Virus record (IMG/VR): IMGVR_UViG_3300014024_000003
Reading direction: 5' to 3' (one strand)
DNA from: a virus
Length of the DNA: 64,000 bases
Below the pieces are notes generated by a model. It saw only the letters and a program-made list of their open reading frames with translations, had not been told where the DNA came from and searched no databases. The number at the start of each line of letters is the position of its first letter. Within the stretch, counting starts at the first letter, position 1. Shown here piece after piece: positions 36,867 through 46,082 of the stretch. Made by a program: the position numbers and the translations under genes.

Positions 36867-37610
36867 ATGGATTCTTGGGATACTCTGTACTACTCACTAC
36901 AGAACGATCTGAAACATAAAGCTGATACAGAGAAGCGCTTCCATCAGGTCAGTGAGTCTGTTGATGCTTTGACTCAGGAAGAACAGATCGCCCTGGACGC
37001 GAAGAAGGTGCTTGCCTCGGTGGCCGATAAGCGTGCGGATCAGGTACTTGGCTTTATCACATCTGTCGTGAATAAAGCGCTCGCGGATATTTTTGTAGGA
37101 AAAACCCGCCGTATCGAACTGAAACGCACGTTGTACCGTGGCAAAATCCCTCATATCAACCTCGTGCTGCATACGGAGCACGGTGAGCAGAGTATGAAGC
37201 ACCAATCGGGGAACGGGCTTCAGCAGATTATCGCGTTTATTTATCGACTGTGCCTTATTGAGGTGCGCGGTCTGCGTAAGATCGTGTTTATGGATGAGAA
37301 TTTGTCGGGTGTGCATTCTGTAGCTATGGAGGATATGAAGACCATTATCGAGTTGTTCCGTGATGGTGGTTTCCAGTTCTTTATTATCGAGTACCGTATT
37401 CCCGAGCAGTTCGGTAAGGTTGTTGAGGTTGTACCTAATCCGCAGGGCTTTTCAGAGCTTGTGGTACGGCACGATCAGAATAGTGGTATCGCTCAGGGTT
37501 CTGATGTTTCTTCTCCTGGTTCTGGTAAAATAGTATCTGAGGATGCTCAAGAATCTTTGAATAATTTAGATGCTGTTGCTTCTAATGATAAACTTTTCGC
37601 ATCTTTATAA
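36867..37610 (+). CDS. sbcC: SbcC/Rad50-like ATPase, C-terminal half
   Basis: Coiled coil, signature variant QSGNG, Walker B VFMDE, D-loop LSGVH. Confidence 0.78.
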   Translation: MDSWDTLYYSLQNDLKHKADTEKRFHQVSESVDALTQEEQIALDAKKVLASVADKRADQVLGFITSVVNKALADIFVGKTRRIELKRTLYRGKIPHINLVLHTEHGEQSMKHQSGNGLQQIIAFIYRLCLIEVRGLRKIVFMDENLSGVHSVAMEDMKTIIELFRDGGFQFFIIEYRIPEQFGKVVEVVPNPQGFSELVVRHDQNSGIAQGSDVSSPGSGKIVSEDAQESLNNLDAVASNDKLFASL

Positions 37611-37629
37611 GTTGTTTGTAGGTGTGTGC

Positions 37630-37667
37630 TATAAGGTGTATCCAAAGAGGATACACCTTATATTTTT
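37630..37667 (+). terminator. intrinsic terminator
   Basis: TATAAGGTGTATCC/GGATACACCTTATA perfect 14-bp stem plus TTTTT. Confidence 0.8.
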
Positions 37668-37682
37668 AGGTTTGGTGATTTT

Positions 37683-39416
37683 ATGACTCAGTCTAGTAAT
37701 TACTTGTACCAAGAGTTGTTGAAACTTTTGGGCGGTAGTAAGTTACTTGGTGGTGAAGATATTCAATATGGTAATTGGTCTCCGAACGGTGTAAAAACTG
37801 TTGTCATTACTTCTTCTTTCCTGATGGTTGAGTACCATAAGCCTTATGTGAAAGGTAGCGTACCTTATTCTTCTAAAACTCTTGATGTGAATAAGGTTTT
37901 ACGTGATAAGGTTACTAACCCTAAGTCAATATCTAATATTCTTGGTTTGTTGTATCGTTATAAGAATTTTTACACTCTTGAAGAAGTTATTATTGACCGT
38001 TCTTTAGTTGATAATGATTTTAACTTCTCTGGTTTCTTGAACAATATGGTTTCACAACAAAATAATGGTAAGTTCCGTTTTAGGTTGCTTTCTATTATTT
38101 CTTGGAATCCCGGTTCGTTTAGCGAATTTAGTAATATGGTTACGAAGTTGCGGGAAAGTTCTTCAACTGATTTGTTAGCACCTATTTACGCTAAAGCAGT
38201 TGGTTCTCAGTACGTTCAGTCATCAGAGGGTATCGCTTCTAAAGATTGGTTTTCCAAGTTTTATTTAAATCCACGTGATTATCAAGCTGATTTGAAGGAT
38301 GGAAAACTTTATCAGTATTTTGTTGAAATTGCACGTGGTTTTGGTGTTGAGGTTGATAATGATACTGCGAGTAATGTTTTAACTCAAGCTGAGGAAGATA
38401 ATTATAATGTTATTCATTCTTTGGTAATGAAGGATTTAGATTATATCCCTGACTCTGCCCAGATTTTAAAAATTTTACACGATTACTCGAAGAAAGATGC
38501 AGATTCAAAAACGGATTATATTCAACGAAAAATATACACTACCTTCAGGGAAGTTATCAGCAACCACCGTATCGTACCCGGTCTCGGTTTTTACCTTGAA
38601 CATTTACCTGACCCTAGTGTTTTACCTAAGGGTGCCGATATTTTATTGAAACAAACTGGACGTAAGGTTTACCGACTTCTTCATCTGGCAGGTGCTCCTA
38701 AAGTTTCTTCCGCAGATTTAGAATCATACTTAGGGCAGGATAAAAGCGGTATCATACAGCGGTGGTTTACCGCATGGTTGAAGGAAGCGATGCGCAGTAT
38801 TGGTTCTGATTTAACGCCTTCTGAGCGCGAGTTTTTGGAGCAAACCCTCAAGGACGTATCGCCCCGCACTATTCTCGGCACATTCTCGGCTCTGTGGAAT
38901 TTTTCAAATCGTCTAGAAGAATACCAACAAAGTAAGCCCCAGGATGAAGGGGATACGTTATCTCAGGAAATGTCTCGGGTTTTCCTCAGTCGGTGGGGTC
39001 AGGAACTTGGATTATCCCATTGCAATAGCTTCTTGAAAGATTTATCGCTTACTCACCGTGAGCAGGTTCAATCCATGTGCCATATGTTCCAGTTCACCGT
39101 TACACCTGAGATACGCCAAGAGTTCACAGATGAATACCCTTCGGTAATGCGTCTATTTGGAGAAACTTCAGATGTTGAGTTGGTGCAAGGTAGTGTGTTT
39201 GAGCTGATCGCGTTAGTGTACAACTACATGTTCCTTTCCCATACTAAACCTGATATTGAGCAGCTTCTTGAGTCGTTGCAGACCACCTCGGAGGGTATCG
39301 TCACCCCGCAGGTTCAGGGAGGGTTTTTGAAGTTTGAGGTGAACGGTGAGGTACCAAGCACCGTAAATTCTTTGGTGAAGAAGATTTTAGGGAAGTTTGC
39401 GAAGGCACTCGCGTAA
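37683..39416 (+). CDS. hypothetical protein; N-terminal domain paralogous to that of the next gene
   Basis: SPNGVKTVVITSSFLMVEYHKP and WFSKFYLNPRDYQADLKDGKLY match the downstream ORF. Confidence 0.75.
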   Translation: MTQSSNYLYQELLKLLGGSKLLGGEDIQYGNWSPNGVKTVVITSSFLMVEYHKPYVKGSVPYSSKTLDVNKVLRDKVTNPKSISNILGLLYRYKNFYTLEEVIIDRSLVDNDFNFSGFLNNMVSQQNNGKFRFRLLSIISWNPGSFSEFSNMVTKLRESSSTDLLAPIYAKAVGSQYVQSSEGIASKDWFSKFYLNPRDYQADLKDGKLYQYFVEIARGFGVEVDNDTASNVLTQAEEDNYNVIHSLVMKDLDYIPDSAQILKILHDYSKKDADSKTDYIQRKIYTTFREVISNHRIVPGLGFYLEHLPDPSVLPKGADILLKQTGRKVYRLLHLAGAPKVSSADLESYLGQDKSGIIQRWFTAWLKEAMRSIGSDLTPSEREFLEQTLKDVSPRTILGTFSALWNFSNRLEEYQQSKPQDEGDTLSQEMSRVFLSRWGQELGLSHCNSFLKDLSLTHREQVQSMCHMFQFTVTPEIRQEFTDEYPSVMRLFGETSDVELVQGSVFELIALVYNYMFLSHTKPDIEQLLESLQTTSEGIVTPQVQGGFLKFEVNGEVPSTVNSLVKKILGKFAKALA

Positions 39417-39425
39417 GAAAGGTTT

Positions 39426-42400
39426 ATGATGCAGGAATTTTTGAAGAATGTAATGCAGGCGGCGGTAAGCACAGAAAGCCCGAACCTGCTGCGAAATATT
39501 TATATTACCCCGAAGAAACTTGTGGTGGAGGCGCATTTACCGATCTTCGGCGGCAGCACTTTCACTACCGCTAACTTCCCGCCGGTCAATAACTTGTTGG
39601 CACTGCAAAATGTGTTGATGTCGCAGGAGGTTCTGCAACCTCTTACGTCCCGTAAGTTGGGTTCGTTGGAGGGGGTTTACGTCTCGGAGGGTTTGGGTGG
39701 AACTACTACCGCGAACTATATTGCTCAGAGTGTTTCTGGTGCGTATCCTTCTACCCCTTTGCGTTTGCATGAGGTGGGTTCGGTTGCTGATGATTTTGAT
39801 CTGCCGCAGCAGGAAGGGTACCGTTTGGGTTCTGCCGCTGGTGTGTTTGCTCAGGAGTTTTCTCATGCGGGTAATATTCTTTCGCAGGGGTCTACTCACC
39901 GGGTTTTGCCGTGGTTTGAGGTTTTGTCGTTGGAGCCTGAGCATTATGCGCAGGATGTTGAGGGAGGTGCCCTGTATAAGATTTTGAAGGCTTCTTCTCA
40001 GCATTGGAATGAGCGCCTGGCTGAGGAATTATTGCACGGGGACGACGAAGAGGCAGGTACCGCTGAGGATTCTGAGGAGTTGTCGCAGGGTGATGATGTT
40101 GGGGATGATGCTGAGCAGGGTTCCGATCAGGATGTTTTGACGGATGAGGATGTTCAGGAGCTTTCTGAGCTTCAGAAGAGTGTGCGCGAGTTTTATGCGA
40201 ATGCGGCGCGTGGGGTTGTCGTTGATATTGCTCAGAACTATGACCGTATTTTCAAGTCAGGTTATGAGATTTTGCACCCTGAGGGTGTGGTATCGCGGTC
40301 TTTGGTGACGGGTCAGGGTACGTTGTCGCGTATTGTGAATGGGCAGCTTCAGGAGGGTAAGCCGCAGCAGGTGGTGCAGAATCTTTACACTGAGGTGTAC
40401 AAGAGGATGGGTCTCACGGAGGTTCCTGTTCGTTCTATTGCTGATATTGCTAATATTTTGGTTTCTGGTCGCCTGGCGGATGGTTCTGGGGTAGATAATA
40501 TTCCTGATATTTCTCAGGATGATAATAAGGTAGGTATTTTATCTGCTGGTGTTAAACCTATTTTTCCTTTTAAGATGCTTGAGTTTGCTTTCGGGCAGAA
40601 GCAAACTTCTAGTTCTCTTGATGATGGGGATTTGAAGGTTTATCAAGGTCATTCTTCAAAGAATAATTGGGTTGATTATTGTAACCATGAAGTGAAAGAT
40701 AGTTTGTATAACGCTATCTTGCATACGGTGGAAGTTTCGTTGAAGAATGCTAATCTTCTGGAACGTTTTTATTCTGAAGAAGCTCAGGAGATTGTTTCTA
40801 ATATTACTGAGACGTTCCGTAAAGCATTTTTGACGTGTGTCCTTATTTCTAAATTAGATACGAACGCTCAGGGCGAGTTGGTATCGCTGAAGGTTCGTGT
40901 TTTAGACCCTTATGATGCTTTGCCGCGTAAACGTAATATTCTTGAGGATATTCTTCGTAAGTCTTTTGGTGATGTTCGTTCATTGGATAATGTGGAGGTT
41001 TTCGAGCCGCGTGAGAAAGGTAGTTTTGTTGAGTATACGTTAGAGCTTGACGCTCTTTTGGCTAACGCTAATCCTTTGTTTAGTTATCATGCCGCTGAGG
41101 TGATTATTGAGCAGGGAGACGATATTACGTTTGATTCTATGGTTTTTGGTAAAGGTTTGGACGATAGCATTCTTCGTAACGGCTCTTCGGTGATTAATTT
41201 TAGGAATAAGATTGTTCATCTTTCGTGCGCGGGTTCTCGTTCAGGTAAAGGTGTTGCCACCTTTAGCTTTATGGGTGGTGCGATCCTTTCCCGCAAAGCA
41301 TTATTTTACAACGATAATAAACCTGATATGGCTTCAGCGGTATCGCACCTCTCCAAAGGACGCGCCTTTGTTATCAACGGCTCTTCCCTATCCTCAGCTG
41401 ACGGTTCGGACATGTTCGGGCAGTACCGTGCAGGAACAAACTTCGTAGGTGCAACATACACCTATATGCCTGAGTGGCTAAAGGGTTTCTTCAAGTTCGA
41501 TAACGTCCATAATGCCACGGTCAAACATTACGGCGATTTCGTGTATCTCAAGAGCATGATTTTTGTCCTGGGCATTATCGCAGCACGCGCTCTTCTCTCC
41601 GGCCAGGACGGGGATATTTCCGCTCAGAACCGCGAGAAGTATGAACGTCTCGGCGGCGAGAATGGCGTAACCGCCATTTTCGACGAACTAGGTATCGCCT
41701 CAACCGGTTTGAGCCGTTTGTTGAATGACGAAATTAAGTCGAAGGGCGCGAACACTAACTATGCCCGAGACTATAAGAAAGCCCTAGATGAGCAGAATAT
41801 AGACAGTTTTAAAGATTCATACAAAGATGCTACTGAACCTACACGGGAAGGTTACTTCATCACGTATTGGTTGGAGTCTATCAAAGAGTCGTTTAGGTAC
41901 ATGGATCGGCTAAACCGTGCTGATTTGCATAACGGTGAGTCAGCGGTTTCCGATATTTTTGTTCTGACGCAGACCCCACCTCCTGTTTTGTCGTTACCTG
42001 AGGTTGAAGAGTTGTTCCCTGAGCGCACGAAAACCCGCTCTTTTATGAAAGGTGTGGATAACCCGTCCGCGATTATCGGTGCGCTACCGTTCATGTTCCC
42101 TTCCGATGCTTTCTTCGGTTACGGTAATGGGTCTAACTTCTTAGGGCAGAACAATAAGGGATCGAAGGCAAGTCAGTATTTGAATAAGGTATCGCGTCAT
42201 TTCGGGTATGTACCTACCTATGATGCGGGTACGGTAGCCGCAGCTCAGACGGTACGACTCGGTAATAGCGAGGGAGTCACATATTATAAGCCGTTCCTCA
42301 CGTTTGCGAAGAGTAGTGTTGATGATTACCCCTCCCGTAACGCGAACAAGTTCATGAAGAGCGCGGGCGTGAATGTTGATGATGTGATTGCTCGCAACTC

Positions 42401-44021
42401 GCACCCGGATAACCCGAAGGATTATCACCCTGCGGTCGGTATCCAAGGGTATCTGAATTTGTGCGGGATGTCGGATCAGGACATTGAGGATTCGCTCGCG
42501 TTATCTGGTGATATTGCAAATTACGTTGTTCAGAAGATGGGCTATAAAGGCACTTGGCAGGAGTTTATGTATGATTTCCGCCCGGAATGGTCTATTTTCT
42601 CTATCCGCGATGTAGCCGAAGCCGTTGTTTTCGATACTCCGGTACAAAGTACGGTTGCTACCCGTATGCCCGATTTTGTGACGGTGTACGGCGATACCGC
42701 TACCTTCATGGAGGATACACCCCTCAATGCTGAGAAAGCTGACGAAGGTCTTCAGATTGTCCCAGGTCAGCATCAGGGCAGTGTTGCACAAGGGTCTTCG
42801 GATGATCTTATTTCGTTCGATACGATTGATTTCTCTGAGGATGTACCCGCACAGGATGACGATAATGTGTCTTTAGTTGAGAATACGGCGCTTACTGATG
42901 ATTCGGAAGGCTTCGGTGAGGAGGATTCTCAGCCGTGGGATTCTGAGGATGCAATTACTCAAGAAATACCGCAGGTTACTTCCCCGCAGAAGGATTATCC
43001 CCCGGAGAGCGCCGCGCCTGCTACACCTCCCGCACCTTCTATATCCCCCGCACCTGAAGAATCACCTCAGGTATCGCAGCTGCGCGAGCAGGTAGCCGTG
43101 TTACAGCAGCAGGTTCAGCAGCTTCTCGCAGCACGTGAGATAACACCGCATCAGTTGCAGACTGAAGGCAGCGCACTTCCGCCGGAGTTCGCAGTTGCTA
43201 ACGTGGGCGGGCGTGTAGACGGGGATCGGTACGAACCGTTGAATGCGTTCGGTGAACCGGCGGGGTTGTTCGATTCCGGTTCTCAGGTACATATGCGTGA
43301 TTTTGATGAGAACACACCTGTGAACCGTGAGGGAGCTATTATGTTGCAGCAGCATATTACGCGCGGTATTTTTGCTCAGGGAGCGGTTCGCCAGATTTCG
43401 GTTCAGGATGGTTTAGTTTATGTGAACCGTCGGTTGTATCACCCTGTTTTTAAGAAGTCGTATTTGGAGAATGTTCCTGATGAGTATTTCCGCGAGTTGC
43501 TGATTGATTCACGGGTAGCTCAGCTGGTGGATTGGAACATTGTTTCTGTGATGGGCGCTAATACGGTGGAGTACTTGTCGCTTTCTGATGAGGATTTCGC
43601 GCGCCGGTATTTTAGTGTCCGTATGGGTTGGGGTGGCCGTTTGAATCTTGGCGATGTGTTTGCACGGTTCAAGGTGCTAAAGGCGTGTAGTGTTGGCACG
43701 TATGTGTTTACGCGGGAGAATTTTGAGAACACGATCCGTCAGATGGAGAGTGATTTTTATGAGCCGTCTCGTGCGCAGCTGGTTTCGGATTCGATTTCTT
43801 CGTGGATGACGCGCTCGCGGCGTTCGGTGTTTGCCCGCGCGTCTGAGGCTCGGCAGAGTGACGATTATTCAGCTTTCCAACGTATTTGGCGTGTAGGAGC
43901 CTATTCTGGGTTAGGTGTCGCGTTGGCTACCGGTTCGGTGGTGAAGAATACGGCTTCGGGAACGTGGCGCGCGTTAGGTGATCGTATGCGTAAATTCTCA
44001 ACTAACCTCTCGAAATTGTAG
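39426..44021 (+). CDS. 1531-aa protein with FtsK/VirD4-like P-loop domain
   Basis: MVFGKG...HLSCAGSRSGKG (Walker A variant), DNKPD, AIFDE (Walker B), VLTQ. Confidence 0.55.
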   Translation: MMQEFLKNVMQAAVSTESPNLLRNIYITPKKLVVEAHLPIFGGSTFTTANFPPVNNLLALQNVLMSQEVLQPLTSRKLGSLEGVYVSEGLGGTTTANYIAQSVSGAYPSTPLRLHEVGSVADDFDLPQQEGYRLGSAAGVFAQEFSHAGNILSQGSTHRVLPWFEVLSLEPEHYAQDVEGGALYKILKASSQHWNERLAEELLHGDDEEAGTAEDSEELSQGDDVGDDAEQGSDQDVLTDEDVQELSELQKSVREFYANAARGVVVDIAQNYDRIFKSGYEILHPEGVVSRSLVTGQGTLSRIVNGQLQEGKPQQVVQNLYTEVYKRMGLTEVPVRSIADIANILVSGRLADGSGVDNIPDISQDDNKVGILSAGVKPIFPFKMLEFAFGQKQTSSSLDDGDLKVYQGHSSKNNWVDYCNHEVKDSLYNAILHTVEVSLKNANLLERFYSEEAQEIVSNITETFRKAFLTCVLISKLDTNAQGELVSLKVRVLDPYDALPRKRNILEDILRKSFGDVRSLDNVEVFEPREKGSFVEYTLELDALLANANPLFSYHAAEVIIEQGDDITFDSMVFGKGLDDSILRNGSSVINFRNKIVHLSCAGSRSGKGVATFSFMGGAILSRKALFYNDNKPDMASAVSHLSKGRAFVINGSSLSSADGSDMFGQYRAGTNFVGATYTYMPEWLKGFFKFDNVHNATVKHYGDFVYLKSMIFVLGIIAARALLSGQDGDISAQNREKYERLGGENGVTAIFDELGIASTGLSRLLNDEIKSKGANTNYARDYKKALDEQNIDSFKDSYKDATEPTREGYFITYWLESIKESFRYMDRLNRADLHNGESAVSDIFVLTQTPPPVLSLPEVEELFPERTKTRSFMKGVDNPSAIIGALPFMFPSDAFFGYGNGSNFLGQNNKGSKASQYLNKVSRHFGYVPTYDAGTVAAAQTVRLGNSEGVTYYKPFLTFAKSSVDDYPSRNANKFMKSAGVNVDDVIARNSHPDNPKDYHPAVGIQGYLNLCGMSDQDIEDSLALSGDIANYVVQKMGYKGTWQEFMYDFRPEWSIFSIRDVAEAVVFDTPVQSTVATRMPDFVTVYGDTATFMEDTPLNAEKADEGLQIVPGQHQGSVAQGSSDDLISFDTIDFSEDVPAQDDDNVSLVENTALTDDSEGFGEEDSQPWDSEDAITQEIPQVTSPQKDYPPESAAPATPPAPSISPAPEESPQVSQLREQVAVLQQQVQQLLAAREITPHQLQTEGSALPPEFAVANVGGRVDGDRYEPLNAFGEPAGLFDSGSQVHMRDFDENTPVNREGAIMLQQHITRGIFAQGAVRQISVQDGLVYVNRRLYHPVFKKSYLENVPDEYFRELLIDSRVAQLVDWNIVSVMGANTVEYLSLSDEDFARRYFSVRMGWGGRLNLGDVFARFKVLKACSVGTYVFTRENFENTIRQMESDFYEPSRAQLVSDSISSWMTRSRRSVFARASEARQSDDYSAFQRIWRVGAYSGLGVALATGSVVKNTASGTWRALGDRMRKFSTNLSKL

Positions 44022-44045
44022 TTTGATTAGGTATTGTTGAGTTTG

Positions 44046-44089
44046 TAATACCTTTGGGTTTGCTGATGCAGACTCAAGGGTATTATTTT
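44046..44089 (+). terminator. intrinsic terminator
   Basis: TAATACCTTTGGGTTTGC/GCAGACTCAAGGGTATTA stem plus T run. Confidence 0.7.
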
Positions 44090-44170
44090 GTACCTTCATG
44101 GTATTATTAATGTAGTTATTGTTGATAAATAATCACGTATTTAGTAATTGTGTAGTTATTTAGGTGGGTT

Positions 44171-44512
44171 ATGTCTTCTTGGACTGAGGTCATGCAGGTT
44201 TTCTCCCTAGAACCAGGGGAAAACTACCCTGTTGCACACTTGAAGAAGAGGTATCGCGCTTTAGCGAGAACTACTCACCCTGATATGGTGGGTGACTCTT
44301 CTCGTGACGTGACGTTTTCTCAGGTTCAACTGTGTTGGGAGTTTATAGAGCAGCACCTCAGTGAAGGTGTTCTTAACGTCGCGCTTCTTGAGGAAAATAC
44401 CCAAATTCACTCTTCACAGTATGATACGGTTGGTTTATTAGGTGATGTGGTGGTTCCTTACATATGGGCACCGTTGCAAGTTTATGTACAACGTTTAGAG
44501 GAGGTGGCGTAA
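44171..44512 (+). CDS. small J-domain protein
   Basis: LKKRYRALARTTHPD canonical helix II-HPD. Confidence 0.85.
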   Translation: MSSWTEVMQVFSLEPGENYPVAHLKKRYRALARTTHPDMVGDSSRDVTFSQVQLCWEFIEQHLSEGVLNVALLEENTQIHSSQYDTVGLLGDVVVPYIWAPLQVYVQRLEEVA

Positions 44513-45069
44513 TGCCATTTTTGAAAGAGGATACCGGTGTAGGTACGTTGCAGGGGCAATTTATACCAGAGCTGGTGGTATCGGATAACGGTATGCAGCA
44601 GGGAGGGCATCTTTATGGTGCTATTATCCCTTTGCAGGAGAATGGTTGGGATGACCCGAGCACACTTATCAAGGATGAAGTATTTGAAGCCCCCGGTTTG
44701 CTTCTGACACAGGGGCAGGTGGTGTACGCCTATCGCGGGGGAGAATTTCTAACGGTCGCTGATCTTCTGGAGAGTTTCAAGAAGGCTGTGGCCGCAGCTA
44801 AAGAAGAAGAGGGTGACGGATTCCAGTGGCAGGATTATTTAGATGATGTAGAGGTAGCAGTTATAGGTGTTCCTGATATGGAGGATGACGAAGAGGAGGG
44901 TGAAGACCCTGTTCTCTTTGATCCTGATTTCTTCTCTGCCGAGGTTGAGGAGTTGGGAGAGGAATACGAGGAGTTTTCAGAAGTGGATTTCTCGGAGGAT
45001 TATGTGATGATGCTTTTTGAGATGGTTTCTTCCGTGTCTCGCACACAGCAGGCGTTAGGTGACATGTAG
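44512..45069 (+). CDS. highly acidic hypothetical protein
   Basis: GGAGGT RBS and TAATG coupling give start 44512; D/E-rich. Confidence 0.7.
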   Translation: MPFLKEDTGVGTLQGQFIPELVVSDNGMQQGGHLYGAIIPLQENGWDDPSTLIKDEVFEAPGLLLTQGQVVYAYRGGEFLTVADLLESFKKAVAAAKEEEGDGFQWQDYLDDVEVAVIGVPDMEDDEEEGEDPVLFDPDFFSAEVEELGEEYEEFSEVDFSEDYVMMLFEMVSSVSRTQQALGDM

Positions 45070-45085
45070 TTGGTATCGCTTGTAC

Positions 45086-45253
45086 TAAGTACCAATTTTT
45101 CGGGGATAAGAACCGATTTTACGGGATAACGACTAAATTTTTAATCTAAGTACCAAATTTTAAGGTGTAAAGACCAGAAAACCGTTGATAAATACCAAAT
45201 TATTGAGATAAGTACCTGATTTTTGAGTTAAATACAAAAAATCAGGTACTTAT
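45086..45253 (+). repeat. eight degenerate 20-21-bp tandem repeats (iteron-like) ending in an inverted repeat
   Basis: Units start at 45086, 45107, 45127, 45147, 45168, 45189, 45209, 45229; consensus about TAAGTACCAAATTTT; ATAAGTACCTGATTTTT inverted at 45208-45224 / 45237-45253. Confidence 0.75.
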
Positions 45254-45928
45254 TTTATGTTTATGTTTGAGGAGTAACCACTAAATTGTTATTATCCGTT
45301 GTCTAGTTATTCAATAATACCCTTGTTTGGTGTAGTTACGTTATTTCTGAGGTGGTAGAACCTGAATAATCTTTATATTTATCTCTTAGTATGCTCTTCA
45401 TAGTACCTTTGGGATTTTTAAGTTTTATCTGTATTTTACTGTTGTCTAAGTGATATTTTACAAGTAGTTGTATTTATATCACTGATACACCTATTTGGTG
45501 TATTTATTGATTTTCAAGTAGCCTTTTACCTTCGGTAATCTTTTACTAAAACTTTGTTTTCTTTATATTTATCTTCAAATACATGTTTCACTGTTATTTT
45601 CAGTGTAGTTATCGGTTTTGTGAAGTGCTTGCGAGCGCTCGCAGTGTTCTTTTTGTTTGATAAAGAACATATTGTACCTACATATTACCTATTATTCTTG
45701 TAGTGGTAGTGTTTGGTGTGGTTATTGGGTTTTCAGGTGTTGTAATTGGTTCTTTGACTCTTTGATAAGACTTTCAGGTGTTATAGGTAGTCCTCCAACT
45801 CTTTGAGAATACCTCCCAGGTCATGTTTTGATTACTTAGGCACAGTTTTTGCTTCTTTAGACTCAGGTATCGCTTCCGTAAGGTGTTTGGGTAGGTTTAT
45901 AATGAGTAAAAACGCCCTAATTGAAAAC

Positions 45929-45944
45929 GCCTTAACGTTAGGGC
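45929..45944. promoter_or_regulatory. imperfect palindromic operator
   Basis: GCCTTAACGTTAGGGC, related to the palindrome at 46035. Confidence 0.55.
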
Positions 45945-46034
45945 ATAATTAAGGGTAGGTCTTGTTTTTCAGACTAGACCCCTTCACTTCCCTGTAATCT
46001 AAGGGTCTGAGTGAAAAAGTACTTGTTTGAGGTA

Positions 46035-46060
46035 AATATGCCTCAACGTTGAGGCATATT
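46035..46060. promoter_or_regulatory. perfect 26-bp palindrome (operator or parS-like)
   Basis: AATATGCCTCAACGTTGAGGCATATT just upstream of an HTH gene. Confidence 0.65.
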
Positions 46061-46082
46061 GTTTTAAGGCATTGGAAAGGTC

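Larger units (their letters stand above)
45070..46082. other. 1-kb AT-rich non-coding control region (candidate origin or centromere)
   Basis: Largest ORF-free gap in the window; iteron-like array, AT-rich tract and palindromes. Confidence 0.55.

Noticed and set aside
3522..37610. Split inteins, introns or stop-codon recoding explaining the split genes
   Set aside because: No intein terminal motifs or homing endonucleases seen; the halves are kilobases apart; TAA, TAG and TGA all terminate intact genes
45086..45253. CRISPR array
   Set aside because: Repeats are contiguous, degenerate 20-21-mers with no unique spacers, and no cas genes are present
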